Positions 1 to 13,669 of a stretch of 64,000 nucleotides of DNA are shown here, in pieces; the first letter of the stretch is position 1, and each line of letters begins with the position of its first letter. The stretch comes from Yuukianura sp. NJ FZ-2021. Taxonomy: Eukaryota. Location: positions 2,914,001-2,978,000 of the forward strand of contig CM102289.1 in the NCBI GenBank assembly GCA_046563655.1, read 5' to 3'. Under the pieces are notes generated by a model. That model saw only the letters and a program-made list of their open reading frames with translations. It searched no databases and had not been told where the DNA came from. Both the position numbers and the translations under genes were made by a program.

Positions 1-755
1 GCCAGTCTTGGATTGGAAGACAAGGTGGAAAACAAGTAAGTATTAGGCTTTGGTTTAACCTAACCCACCTAAAATATATTAATACTTCCAGAAACTTTAC
101 TTAGGTCATTAGACTTTCTGCTCCATGTGTCACTCATCGAATAGTTCTTCACGAGGTGATGCACTCTTTTGGATTTTTTCATCAGCACGCAACTCCGAAT
201 CGAGACGATCACATAGCCATTGTGTACGATAATATCGAGCCAGGTAATAAAAAAGACGGAACAAATACTTTATAATATTTATAGTCTTATGTATTATGTA
301 TTACAGTGTGCTTATTTCCGCAAAAAGTAAAGTAACTCATCAGTTCTTAAGAAATTTAAAAAAAAAATATAATCATAGCATAAATAATAAATTTTATAAA
401 ATTTAAATCTTATGTACAGCAACAGCTCAAGGCAATTTTGAGAAAGTTCCTGACGACATGGACACTTCGTACGGTGCTCCTTATGACTTCAGCAGTGTTC
501 TACATTACAGAAAAACAGAATTTGCAAAACAAGGAACAGTGGCGTTTTATCCTAAGGTAAAGTTGAAATTTCGATGGGAACATGGTAGTAATGTCGTACA
601 TAAAATTTATTACATTTTTTTGTTTCGTATTTTTTTTTTGCTTTTAAAACCAGAGTGAAATCAAAGTTGTAATTGGTGAGCGTCCAACCTTGAGTTTTTG
701 GGATATTTACAAAATTCGTCGACTTTTTGGATGCAACTTTGTTCGACAACTTTGA
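1..755 (+). CDS. Astacin-family zinc metalloprotease, 3' part (exons ~1-35, 105-243, 420-555, 653-755)
   Basis: Spliced translation gives QSWIGRQGGKQ/VIRLSAPCVTHRIVLHEVMHSFGFFHQHATPNRDD (HExxHxxGxxH zinc motif), PYDFSSVLHY (Met-turn region) and IGERPTLSFWDIYKIRRLFGC; GT-AG introns keep frame. Confidence 0.92.
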
Positions 756-982
756 CTACCCTTTAATGTGTATATTAAATATGGCGGTTACTGATTAGCC
801 ATAGTAGTATTCAGATAATAAGGCTGGTACAGTGCTAGCAAATAAGTCTATGACTTACTTCAACAGTTTACATTGATAGAAAAAGTGAAAATAGAAAGTA
901 CTTTAGTTTTAATTTTTTTTGAAATTATTTGATTAATAAGATAAAGATTTTTGTTTTGTATAGTAGCCCACTCCGTCCATTT

Positions 983-2533
983 CTACTTCTTCACACACTG
1001 TTTCTTATGTGCTTTCCAATGTGCTTTTTGACACATTTTGTCACAGTACTCAGTTTTCTTGCACAGAGCACAACTGAGTAACGTAACAGTTTTGAAATTA
1101 TACCGCAATCCAACGCTGGTTAGGGAAACAACTGGATGAGAACCTTCAATCCAACCGCAGTAGCCACAAAACCGTCTGTCCTTGTACGTCACAAGATTTT
1201 CAGTGAGGCGTGTAATAAATTTAGTAGGTCCTTCGCCTACAAATTGTGGAAAGCATAAAAGAAAGAATTAAACTTTTAAAAAATTCAAGGTTGAGGAATC
1301 TGTGTTTAGTAACTAATTTGAAGAACAAGTTTTTACCCATATAATACATCTCATCAATGTCCGTGTGAAGAACAAATGTCTTGGCTGGCATCCCATGAAA
1401 AGGTATCTGCCTTGTTGAACCAGGATACTGTGCCTTAGTAATTCGTTGAATAATTTTGCCAGGAAATCCTTTTTCGTATTCTTCCCAAGTACCGTGAGCA
1501 ATAAGTGAACCATGGGGTCCTCTGTAGTTGAACTGAACTGACGTCGGATCCACAATATACGTTCCACCGCTTGGCAATTTGGCTTCGATAACGTAGTGTG
1601 TTTTTGTCATGCCTTCCGGGAGGAGTCGACGGTGAAACAAGGCAAGAAATGGCTGAGATTTAAAAAATTCCTCGTCCATTTTCACATATGGTATAACCAT
1701 GTGCACTCCGTTTTCGGGTGTAGTAACCATTCCACCCGTTTGAATGAACCGTCGACTTTGGCCTAGGTATAAGTGCTTCGGAAGTACTTCCAGAGTAGTT
1801 GCCTTCACGTCGTTGAAATCGACCTATGGTAACAAAATGCAAATCAATAACCAACGACGAATAAAAGCTAAGAAAACTAAGACAAAATACCTCAACACCG
1901 TTTGGAAGTAACCATTTCTTGCAGTTCATTTTTTTAGCGGAATCCAATATGCCAGGAACCAAAACTTGAGCTCGATTACGGGTTTTGAGAACCCAGTACC
2001 AGATTTCCTTTTCAGAGATTTTGATGTTTTCCAGCTGCGGATCGCTCATTGAGAGCGCAAATACATGATTGGGATAGAGATTTGAATCGACAAACATCTT
2101 CCAGGTACAAATCGTGCCAATGTTGCTTGGGCCGTCCTTTAGTGTATCACAACCGAAGAATTCGTAACAAGAAATTAAATCAACGTTAGTGGCTTTGATA
2201 ACTTCCATTTCTTGGGCTGTGTAAGTGATATATCCGCTAGGAGGGACACGCTCTGGCTGTGTAATCGGTTCGAGACAAGTCACTTGTGGCATCAATCCGC
2301 TTAAAGGTACATTTCGAGAACATTTGAGCAGTACTGGTTGAATTGCTACATTAAAAAAAACATATTTGTGTTTGATTAAGTTTGTAATGCTGAAATATCA
2401 AAGACAGACAATAGACTTAAAACTTACGTGCCAACATTTGCATCTCTCCGAGTGCCCTTGTACATTGATCTAGTAGGTTCAGACACAAATTCGGTTCGAC
2501 ACTTGCTTTTGATGCTTTCGTGACCTTTGACAT
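983..2533 (-). CDS. MYND zinc-finger protein with uncharacterised central domain (4 exons)
   Basis: ATG at 2533 (MSKVTKASK); ORFs 1660-2295, 1221-1808 and 983-1192 join via GT-AG introns; C-terminal CGYC...CALC...YCDKMCQKAHWKAHKKQC is a MYND signature. Confidence 0.8.
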
Positions 2534-3532
2534 TGTTATTGGACGGAGTTAAGCGAAGAAATCGATGTGATTTTCAATCTTAACACTCTTACTTAAAAGT
2601 GATGCGAGTCCGGCTAATTCTCTGAATAAACTAAAAGACTAGAGTCAGAAAGTCACGGTACAAGAAAAGAATGAAATTTTGAGTAAAAAGTTCAAAGTTT
2701 AGACCAAAAAACACTATTGTTGCTTTCCAAGAAGGATTTGTTTTAAAAATTGTGTTGAAAACCCTTTTTCAGGTCATTTTTAGAAAAGATTTTTAAAATC
2801 TAAGGGAAGGTTTAGTATTTTATTTTATGATATCCATTTCTGCAGCTTGGTACAAAGTTCTAAAAATATTTTCAATTGTCTGAGGAAACTTCGCATACCC
2901 GGCGTGTCTAACTTTTCAGAAAAAAAAAGTTTGAAATATTTTGTAAAGTCTTTGTGAGGTACAGGTCAAAGGTTTGACCTTAAGTGGGCTTATGCAGTTC
3001 CAATTTTAAGACAAATTGTTAAAACTTGGTTGCGTTTTAGAAAGAAAAAATAATAATTAAACTATCGTAAGTTTTTTTTACCTAAGTAAATGGAATTGAT
3101 TTTTGCAGAGTTGAGAACATGAAAACCTCGGAAACCACAATTTGCTTAACCGGAATTTGACATTGGTCACAAATTAAAAGTTTTTTTTTTCTCAAAAGTG
3201 AAAACAATTAATTAATTTTTCACCAACGATGGTCTGCCAGGTTTGTCTGAACCACAGATTGGTTTCAAATGTCAACAAGGAAGTTTATGAAAAAAGTAGG
3301 ACTTTTGTCAAAAATGTTTGTCTAGATCTTTTCAGATATCCGGACATATAAAATATCCTGGTAATTACGGGACTCACAATTTGTTCAATGAGCTTTTTGT
3401 ACTAACACAAAGGTTAATACACAAAAGTTAATTGAATACGATAAATCTGCAATTCTTTGAAGCTAAAACAAAATCAAATTAACTTTCACAACATTGCTGA
3501 ATTGTGAATTGACTAACTTTAAAGTCTGCAAA

Positions 3533-6500
3533 ATGAAGACATGGAATTCATTTTTACTGTTCATACTACTGATTCAGCTTACAATTTCAGAAGCACGGCG
3601 CAAGGGCAAGGTAACCTTTAACAACTAAACGTAATACTAAAATTACTTAAATATTTAATTGAGTTAAGAATTCAACAGTATCGTCATGGGCTGAACTTAA
3701 AAATTATGGGAAGAAGCAAGCTGTACCCACTCGAAGTTTTTGACGGCCTTCAATTTGCAATTGATCCGCACACAGTTTCCATTGACATCCAAAATGTTAA
3801 CTTGGACCCAGACAATCTTCTGCAAGCACTTGAAGGGCTCAGGCACCTTGAGTCCATTACACTGAAAAATGTCGATTGGACAGGAAACTTTACTAGAAAA
3901 TTGAATTTGAGACGTCTACGCTATCTGCATGTACGTCGACTCGAGTGGGACTTTGACTACGGCTCTCCAGAAGAAATCTTTTCAATGGTCATTGTTCAAA
4001 ATATGACTCAAATGAGTGAAATTCGGATCGAGGGAGAGGCAGAAATGGGCGGCAGCTTAATATTCTATCCAGCAGAGGAAAAACTTGTTCTTGCAGAAGA
4101 TCCGCATAACCTCTACCAGTACTTCAACGTTCGTGCGCTTGATCTGACTTATTGCACACTCAACGTAAGCTTGTTCAATGGAACTGGAGTGACAAGATTT
4201 TCTGGAAGAAGACTACTTGGCCTAAAAGATGGCGTCGTTTCTGGGCTTCTCGAGACGCTTGATTCCGTTGAGGAGTTGGAACTACAAGCTGACACGCAGT
4301 TCCTTGTTGATTTGAACATGTTGCCATCGCCATCGGTAAGAAAAGCCTAACAGAAATATAGCCTAACCATATGCTAATCCACTTTAGTTTGGAATTCCAT
4401 ATTTATGATAGTTTTTCAAGATATTTTTGAACTTAGATTTTGACGCGCCTAGTCGTGCGAAACGGAAACGTAACTTCATCGTTCATATCCGATGCGCTTC
4501 GTTTTCCAACGTTGCAACAACTAATCTTATATTACAGTACTGTCGATATGGCGTCAATCTTGCTAACACAAGCGTCACTCAAAAGCATTGTACTGGACGC
4601 AGTTCAGTTCGCTGGCGGCACTTCAGACCAATTTTTTCTTGAAGCCACAAATTTAACTTCAGTCAAAATTCGAAACTTTCCAATTTTCGACATTTCCAAT
4701 TTGCTTCCAGCTGCTCCGACAGTATTGGACTTGCATCTAGAAAACGTCGAGATTTTCAGAACAACTGAAATTAAATTTGGAAGTTTGGAAATGCTAATAA
4801 TGTCAAACTGCACACTAGACTCGACATTATTTGAAACCTTTGATGAAGTTTTCGAACGTGTTGGACACATTACTATTGAAGGGCGCGGAGACGTCGTCAG
4901 CGGCCCATTTTTAAACAAAATTCTGAACACGTCTGTAACATGGCTGACATTTCTCGGCTTCACATACTGGCAAAAAACTGAAGTTGTCGAATTCGTTCAA
5001 CGCGCCGGCGCACCAACCTACTTGGATCAGATTGAGCTTATCAGAGTCAATGAATCTTGGAACTTGATTCCACACCGAATCGGAACAAGATATAACACGC
5101 GTTTGCGTGATGTATTGATCTATGCATACGCAATCGCCGTATTCTCCGTTATAATTCTCGGTATCATGGGCACTCTGACAAGCATGGTTGTCTTGGTACA
5201 GAAGCCTATGCGCAGTTCAACGAGTTGTTTGCTATTTGCATTAGCAAGTTTTGACACTCTTGTACTCGCGTCGTACCTTCCGTTTGTTCTGATTGGCGCC
5301 GTGTCAATTGTTATGCTGAAACTAGGGTTTGCGGTTTACTACGACGACTATCAATTCCTTTGGTTACATTTCACGTTCAACGATGCCGTTAAAATTGACA
5401 CGCATCAACGTTTCTTTTTCTACCCTCTGTGTAAAACAGGTTAGCTACAACATTTTTCAAAATCATTACTTTTGGGCCAAGGTGCCTTGACAATCGAAAT
5501 ACAACAAATTGCATTTCCTGAAACAGGTTGTCCAATAACTTAGGGTTGCAAAAATCTTTCTGCCAACAATGTATCCCCCTAATTCCTATTAAATTGCATT
5601 CAAATCATTGCCATAAAAAGGCATAGCAACGCAAGTTTTGCAAACTATTTCAAAAAATTAACAGCGTCGAGTTATTCGACAACCTGGTGTAGAATAAACA
5701 ATTTGTTTGTTTACGAACTTTGGTTTGGGATGTTTGAACTTTTTGTTGCAGAATTGGTATTTTTGTATTTAGTGTATACGGGATCGGTGTACATGACGGT
5801 TCTACTGACGGTAGAGCGATACATTGCAGTTTGTTGGCCACTGAAGGCAAAAACGTGGATAACAATGAAAAAGTCTATCATCGCATCTTTTAGTGTGTTG
5901 CTGTTCACCATATTTTTGAATCTCCCGCGATGGTTTGAAGGAAACCAATCCGTTTTGAAAATGTCGCGAGGCGCGAGCCACCTTAAATTTACTCGCTACT
6001 ACACCAAAGGAAGTTGGTTGCGACGTAGACTGTACATGGAGTACTACCAAGGCTGGATTTGGGTGGCATTCCTCTACGTCATCCCGATGTCGATTTTGGT
6101 CGTCTTGAACATACTCATATGGAAGCAGGTTAGCTTAAATTTGCGCCAAAATCTAGAGTTAACGTGTACGTTAGCATGAAACTCGGAAATACTTAATTTG
6201 CAAACACTTTATAGCTAACGAAATAAGCATATTTCATTAGCTCAAAATTCAGACAACCAGAAACGTAGTGAAATTTTTTATTTTACAGATTCGTGCCTCA
6301 GCAGCCACACGACGACAAATGATGCGTTCGTCGAACCAATCCGGCGCAGAAGCATACGACGAAATGTGGGGAATCACAAAAATGCTTCTGACTGTGGTTG
6401 CTGTATTCCTATTGTGCAGTGTTGTAAATTCTATTATTTTCCTAAATTATTTTGGAATTGAGCCAATGGGATTTGAATCCATTGCCTGTATTCCCTTGAT

Positions 6501-6657
6501 TTTCAATTCCTCTGTCAACTTTCTTATTTACGCAATTACAGGTGAAAAATTTCGACGAAATTTGATCAACATCTTACCATTTTGCTCCAAGTTTACGAAA
6601 ATCTATGTTAACGAAAGGTCAGGCACTGTGCGAAGAACAGAGAGCAGTGGTGCATAA
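3533..6657 (+). CDS. Class A GPCR (FMRFamide-receptor-like 7TM) with signal peptide and LRR-like ectodomain, ~820 aa; exons 3533-3610, 3679-4335, 4437-5439, 5773-6128, 6289-6657
   Basis: Signal peptide MKTWNSFLLFILLIQLTISEA; LxxLxL repeats; TM motifs MRSSTSCLLFALASFD, TGSVYMTVLLTVERYIAVCWPL and FNSSVNFLIY; the ectodomain runs into TM1-2 within one ORF (4440-5444); all intron phases are compatible. Confidence 0.85.
5478..5722. mobile_element. MITE of the CAAGG...CCTTG family, in GPCR intron 3
   Basis: Termini CAAGG / CTTTG, internal inverted pair CAGGTTGTCCAATAACT / AGTTATTCGACAACCTG, degenerate 8-bp flanking repeat (TTTTGGGC/GTTTGGGA); similar copies elsewhere in window. Confidence 0.6.
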
Positions 6658-6910
6658 ATTTCTGCGCAAGTGCATTATGTGTGACATTTAAGCGTACATT
6701 AAACATATACGTATACATAATACAGAACTATAAGAAGTACAGCTCGGCATGCTAACTACCGCTTTTGAAAAATTTGTAGGTAATGGCCTCAAGTTAACGG
6801 TAAAGCACAACTCAATAAAAGTTATACTAAGACTAAGCACAAAACCTTGATGTACAGGTTTTAACGTTTACTTAAATGTAAACGTTACATGCAATTGTAT
6901 TATATTTAAA

Positions 6911-8268
6911 TTATGGAAATGTTAAAACTAAATTAACGACAGTGTTAATTACAACAGTAAAGAAAATGTTGATGCAGAAGTTTCGACTGGCAATTTTGAA
7001 CTGCGTTCCGACGTAGACTTCTATTGGTTTACAGGAGTTCCAAAATTTTCGATCAAATTTGGAACAGGACATCGCATTTCTAAATTTTGATTTGGTACAA
7101 TACTCAGAGTTTGCTCGAATATTAACACAGAGTTGATAAATAAATCCGCCTACTATTGCAAATCTAACTGAAATGGTAGTAAACAGCATTAGAAGGAATG
7201 GGTTCAGAGTCGTATTGAATTTGATGAGAGTGAACAACATTGTGATCAAATTCAGGTTTCCGAGATAGTGTGCATAAAATATCCAATTTCCAAGGCTATT
7301 TCCAATAGCCTTCACTGCCAGTTTTATGCAAAGGTAAAACAGCTTGTAGTCCCGCACAAAGCCACGGGCGGGCATTGGGCGGGTCCTGAAAAAAAAAATA
7401 TCCGTTTTTTCATCAAAAAATTATGACAATTTACAAAAAGCATCAGGAAAACTTTTTTGGAAATTGATATTAGAATAGTAATGTAAAATGTCAAAATGGA
7501 TAAACATTTTTAAAAAAAGTGAAGCTACCAGACGCGTTTGAGCAAAACATTTGTTAGGAGAAGGTCCATGATGATGATATTGATTGTGATGACGAGACAT
7601 AGAGCTCCATGGGCAACAGCACCTCCAAATAGCACAGTTTTAAGCAAATTTGCAATTAAATTTTTTCGTGAGCGTAAGATAAAAAATGCTCCATTGACAT
7701 CCGTTGCATAGTGAATCAAAATGAACGTTACAGGAAATACTATTATGGATGTAACGAGCCCAAATGTATTCAAAGGAATGAAGATTCTGGAGTTTTCATA
7801 TTTCTGAACTGTTTTGTCTCCAAGTTGTTTTCCTTCAAAAAAATTCAAACATGAGGAAATTTCTTTAAAAGAAGTTATTTTAAACGTTTTTTTTTTAAAT
7901 TCTTAGTGTATAGATTTACCTAGTGTATGGAAAAGTTGAATGAACTTGTTATGTGTGCAGACCAATGTGTCAGTTGAAGTCAGAAGATAAATTTGTGTCA
8001 AAAGAAAGTATAGAAATGGAGACAGAACTGCCAGGGTCAAAATCCGACTCGAAATTTTCATTCCTCCGATCAAAAGTCGGTACAGTAGCAAACCAACCAA
8101 AAAGCTATTGACAGTTGCCGATACTATTCCAAAAGTGAGCCATATCCATCGAGGTTTTGAAATTTTTAGAAAACCAGTATCACTATCCAGTGTAAAATTG
8201 ATTATTCTGAGATTTGTGCTTGGATAGAACGTCAACTTCATGAACTTTCTTGATCTTTCCGAAAGCAT
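6911..8268 (-). CDS. Gustatory-receptor-like (insect chemoreceptor superfamily) multi-pass membrane protein, 3 exons
   Basis: Three hydrophobic ORFs join in phase (8268-7920, 7862-~7529, ~7385-6911); C-terminus FWNSCKPIEVYVG...TVVINTVVNLVLTF resembles the divergent GR TM7 region. Confidence 0.7.
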
Positions 8269-9296
8269 TTCGACAATACTTTGCTTTATATAGTCACTAG
8301 TTTAGTTTAAATTACGTTGGTAATACTTCCTGTAATTTGGTATTGCCCGGTGTGAAGTGATATTTCTCGCAAGTATAGTAAGTAGTAGTAAGTTAAGTCG
8401 AAGAATTATGAATTTTGTTTATTTGAATTTTTAAAGTTGTTTTTAAAATAAATTTAGCTTTAAGTGGTTTAACTTGTAGTATTCGTTTTGTAAGCAAACA
8501 AAACAAAACACACCTAAAAGCTTAACTTAACAAACTTATACTTCCAAATGTTTTCCAGAAAGAAACTAAAGAAAAAGCTCAGAGTTTCTTTTTCTTGGAG
8601 CGCTACTTGAATAATTGATTATTGTTACGTGCTTGCCCGTTTTTTTGTGAAACTTAAAAAGTTGGAAGGTATAATCAATCACATAAAAGGATTTTTGTGT
8701 TTTCCAAATTTATTGGATTTGAAAATGATATATGAGTAGGCTGAATATGCTGATATGCTGATATGCTTTCAATTGTAATGTATTACGTTGACACAAAATT
8801 AAGCAAAACTACCTATTTGTAATGGCAGGAAATGGCGGAAATACGCCTTGATAGAACAAGAAATTACTTTTAGCTAAGGGCAAAAATCGACCACTTTTTG
8901 GTGTGTTCAATACAAAACTTTAATATGTGGGAAAAAATTGCCAAACAATTTGTGCTAAAATATTTTCCCCATTTTTCTTCTGAATTTTTTCTTTTCTGAA
9001 CCTAACATGTGCCTTCTGCTGCATGTTCGCTTTGAATGCCATGCCTACGTTGTATACGTAGAAATAAAAAAGTTTTAACAAGAACAGATATCTAACAAAC
9101 GGCTAGGTATATAGATTTTAATAACCGTTTTTACTAACAAGACGGACATATAAGTAAGTATTTACCGACGATTTGTAACCTCTTTTGTAACAATAATAAA
9201 TATATCATAACTAAGTATTAGCTATTAAGGCTATATAAGGAGACGATAAATTATCGCGTGCAGACATGGATTTGTTCACAAAACCGGAAAATATAA

Positions 9297-12200
9297 CTAG
9301 ATCTGATTTGCGTACTCATTTCGCACCTCACACTCTACATCTGCGTCATCATTTTTGTTGCAATTTGTTTCTCTTAGCATTTCAATTTTTCCGTCAGTTT
9401 TGGATAATTTGGAAAATGCGGCAAGTGTTTCTCGGATGCTTGTAAAAGAAGGACGTTGACTTGGAATTTTATTCCAACAGAGAAACAGCACGTTCACGTA
9501 AATGGCCTCAGGCGTACGTTTCGGGCGGGACATTCTCAGTCCGTTTTCTAATTCATCTACAAAGTCAAATGTCCATGCCATACCTATGACCGAACAAAAT
9601 TGAAACAAAGTTTAAATTATATTACTAAATTGCATACATGAAAAATTAAAATTTTAAGTTTTACCGGGGTACGGAACTTCGCCAAGTGAAAATATTTCCC
9701 ACAATAGAATTCCATAAGACCACACATCAGACAGAGTTGAGAAGGACAAGTCACGCAGAGACTCTATTGCCATCCAACGCCATGGCAACGGTTCGCGATT
9801 TTTCTTAACATAGGAGGCATAGCCATAGAGTTGGCGCGAAAGTCCAAAATCTGTGATTTTTGCTTGTTTTGTTTCGGTAAGCAAAACGTTTCTGGCAGCC
9901 AAGTCACCATGAATCACCTGTTCAGTCAATTACTAATCAGAGAAAAAGGTTTTTTGAACAAGATTTTTAGCAAAATTACGAAACCTACTTTCCGACTAGC
10001 CAAATACTCCATTCCATCTGCAACCTGCATTGCCCAAGTCATCAAGTCTTGGAAACTAAGCACTCCATCTTCAACATTACTGTACTCTCTGCCGGTTCTT
10101 ATTATGAAAATAAATATACACATAAGTATTTTTTTTTTTTATAAATTGTGTATACAATGTAATTTGGTTTTGATTTAAATTCTAAACATACTGATTTGTC
10201 GTTTCTTGGTATAGGTGACGGTTCACTCTTAAATATTTTTGAAGGTTTCCCAGAGCACAAAACGGAACAAAAATGTACACAACTCCTAAAATTTTGAAAA
10301 ATTTTACAATTTGTGGAAAACTGATTTTTATCATTCTGATGTATACGATTTTTTACATTACCGATTTCCAGGCATCTTGTACTTGCTCCAATAAGTTGAA
10401 CAATGTTTTCATGTGCACCCAGATAAATCATAATTTTGAGTTCAGAAAGAAGAGCTTTCAAGTAAGCTTTGTCTGCATCTTTTCGTGTTGTTTTGACGGC
10501 AACTGGTGTACCGTCGACGCTTCCTTTATACACAACTCCGTAGGCACCAGAACCCAAAATACAGCTTTTGTCTGTTTTAAATTGAAAAATCAAAACAGGA
10601 AACATTGAAAATTTTGAAAGTAATTTTACCAATTTGATATTGGCTCTCGCTCAACTCATAACTTCTGTCGTAAGCAGTGAGATGAACAAATTCGTGAGCG
10701 TATGCGTTTGAATTCCGCTCGGCATTTGCATGGGCTTCGCCGGCCAAAAATTCTTCAATTTCGGCAGTTGTAAACTACAAAAAAAGAGCATGAATACTTT
10801 TTTTAGATGAATTTTTCAAATTTTTGAAAAAAAAAAATTAAAAAAAATAGCTAGACCTGTTCACGTTGATTAAATTTGAAGTAAACAATGGCGCCAATGA
10901 GAATGAAAATGAAAACGACAATGAGGATGCCGAAAAGAATGCCGTAGTTGTTGGCAGTTGATTCGTCGGCTTCAGTTGTATACGTGAACGTTTTCTGATC
11001 AGTACCGTAAATGTTCTCTGCTTTGCACACATATTCTCCGCCGTGAGAACTTTCAACTTTTTGAATTTGGTGTAACAAAGTCCCGTTGGGAGTAAGTATA
11101 GTGTACAATTGATTTCCGCCTTTGTAAAATGAAAGTTTTGGTGTCGGTTGGCCGGTTGCACTGCAAAAGATTCCTTGATTTTTTGCTTCAATGCGTAAAA
11201 CTGTGTCTCTTGAACTTGAGTCGATTTTCGGTGGTTGACCAGCTAAGTTTTTAAAAAATCCTTCAAAAATTGCTATAACAGTTTATACTTTATTAAAGAA
11301 GTGGCTAACATTTGACTTCAAGCGGTAAGGTAATGTGGCGCCAAAAACTTGTGTGAAAAAATGTTGACGCGCATTCGATTCCAACTAGGTCACTGTGCAT
11401 CTGCATTGTAAAATGGGAAGTATCATGGCGAATACCAATCCAGTCGTAGTCAATTCGCTCTGAACAACAAATTTTGACAATTTTATAGTAAAAAATTTCA
11501 AAATTTCAAAAATACTTAAAACAAGTCAAGCTTACCTTCATTCCTACTCCCATTTCGCCAAATTGAAGTCCAAATTGCTGGTTTAACTGCGATGACGGTA
11601 AGAAATTTACATTCAAACGTCACCTTGCTACCAGCATAAACTTCTTTTTGTCCTAAAAGTTTTAGTTTGTAGTACATTCGGGAATCAAACCTTCTGTGAT
11701 CAAATTCAGCCCATTCTAATAAATAAATAAAAAACAGATATAGTTTTAAAAAATCTGTAACAAATTTTGAAAAACAAAAAACAATAAAAAATTTTTTGGA
11801 ACTTACTTGTATCAATGCCTCGAGTTGAAATGTCCCCAAGAAACGGAACTCCAAATTCCACAATTTCCACGTGATCCCCAGATTTGCAAAAAGTCACGCC
11901 ACCTTGCGGATTATGAAGCTTTTCCTCCAATCGAACTTCAAATGAAAGTTCATTTGCTGGAGCCTTTTTGAAAAAAGTCGTGTAGCTTCTGGATACAAAT
12001 TGCTAAAAAAATGTTTTTTCAAAACACTTCTCAAAAGCGTTTTTGTGAATTACTCGTGCTGATGCCCTGTTCTGTTGAAACATTTTTTTCGATTTACCGG
12101 AAATGTGAATTCTCGTCTCATATTCAGCATTGCATAGTTTTCAATTTCAATTGTATTGAGTTGAGATGAAGCTTCGAGGTCATCGACCTTACACGCAACT

Positions 12201-13669
12201 GAAATTTCTACGCCACCTTCACTCGTTTCTTTTGCGTAGTACCGAATTAGTGAGCTTATACCAGAAGGCATCGTGTCATTCAGGCCAAATCGAAATTCTA
12301 CAAATTATTTACTGTCTCAAAATGTATTTAATTTTTAAAATTCCAAAAAAAAATTGCTTTCAGAGCTTACGTTTTGGATCGCCGTCGAGTTTTAATTCCA
12401 GCCGATCACTTTGGTTTTCGTTCCAAATGCAAGTGTAAGTACCGTAGTAAGTGCTAATTTCAGTATTTTCTTTAACTTGGATTTGAAGTCCCTCGCTGGC
12501 GTTTGTAGGTAGCAAAAATTCAATGGATTTATTAACTGTTGAGTCGCTGTTTGTAAATTCGACACTGACATTCCTTCCATAATGGGATAAGACGCATGGC
12601 AAGTAAATTTTTGCGTCACGCACAGAAATCAACGTTTGTGGATTTCGAAGAAAAGATGGCGCTCCGGAATCTAATCAAGGTCGAGCAAACGTTAAACCTT
12701 TTCTAATTCCCAAATTAACAAAAACTTTAATTAAAAAATGTACCTTCCAAAAAGATAAACAGTTTCAATTGAGTTTCATTTCTGTAAATTCCGCGAAACA
12801 CAAAATTTCCAGATCTCGGATAGTCGTGTTTCACATGGGGTGGTTTACCGTTTGCCTTGTTTACGTAATATTTGTATAGTGCTTCAACACTACGAACTTG
12901 CACGTCAACTCCAAACTCAGAAACTGAGCCATTTGTAAATGGAGTAACATTTTTGTACCACTCTACGCTGATGGCTTCAGTTGGCTAAATTTTAAAGTTT
13001 GTTATAAATCAAGGTTTCTATAGCAACAAAATAGCATTAAGAGGTTCAGCAATAAGTCCCGCTTCAGAAAATCTCTCCCCAAACTTTTTTTCACCCAAGT
13101 TTCACCCAGACTTGTTTTGTGCATGTAAAGGTTTGCACCAAAATTAACGTTCAAAATGAATGAAAAAAATTCGGTTTCCAAAAATCGCCCAGCAAACTAG
13201 ACTTGCCGTGATTGTCTTTTCATTTTTGCAATTTTGGGGGAAAGATATTAAAAAGCGACTTATTGCTTAACCTGTCAAAGAGAACTATTTTTTTGTTTAC
13301 GAACCTTGGTTATAAATGTTAAACCTTTTCAATAAAACATACTTAAGTATTTTTTATGAAATATTTTTATACTTGTATTCCATAGTACTGAAAGTCCAGT
13401 GCGTTTGGCGAGGAGCAAATGATGCGTACGGTGTCGTACTCCCCAACGATTCTGATCACGTTAGAGACAATGCATGTTGTGTCAACGTTCGCCGTAGTCA
13501 GCTTGTACAATGCACACGAGATTTCCGCATCGGGAGCAGGATTTACGCATGCGTCGAGTTCACTAAGCCTTTGAAAAGGCTGGACATCTTTGTAATAGAA
13601 TTGAGCAGTTACACCACCCACAAGAGCGGTGAAAACGCAACACAAGAAGACTTTTGTAAACTTCGCCAG
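9297..13669 (-). CDS. Ig-domain receptor tyrosine kinase (PDGFR/VEGFR-like), copy 1, ~14 exons, no in-frame ATG (candidate CTG start at 13669)
   Basis: Signal peptide, ~5 Ig-like domains (e.g. CSATGQPTP...[14 protein letters not shown]), [23 protein letters not shown], kinase motifs [32 protein letters not shown]; all traced exons splice in frame. Confidence 0.9.
13010..13308. mobile_element. MITE of the CAAGG...CCTTG family, in RTK copy 1 intron 1
   Basis: Termini CAAGGTT / AACCTTG flanked by perfect direct repeat GTTATAAAT (13001-13009, 13309-13317); absent from the short equivalent intron of RTK copy 2. Confidence 0.8.

Noticed and set aside
175..210. HQH instead of HE after the third zinc His of the astacin
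   Set aside because: Gln at this position is common in arthropod astacins, so not unusual
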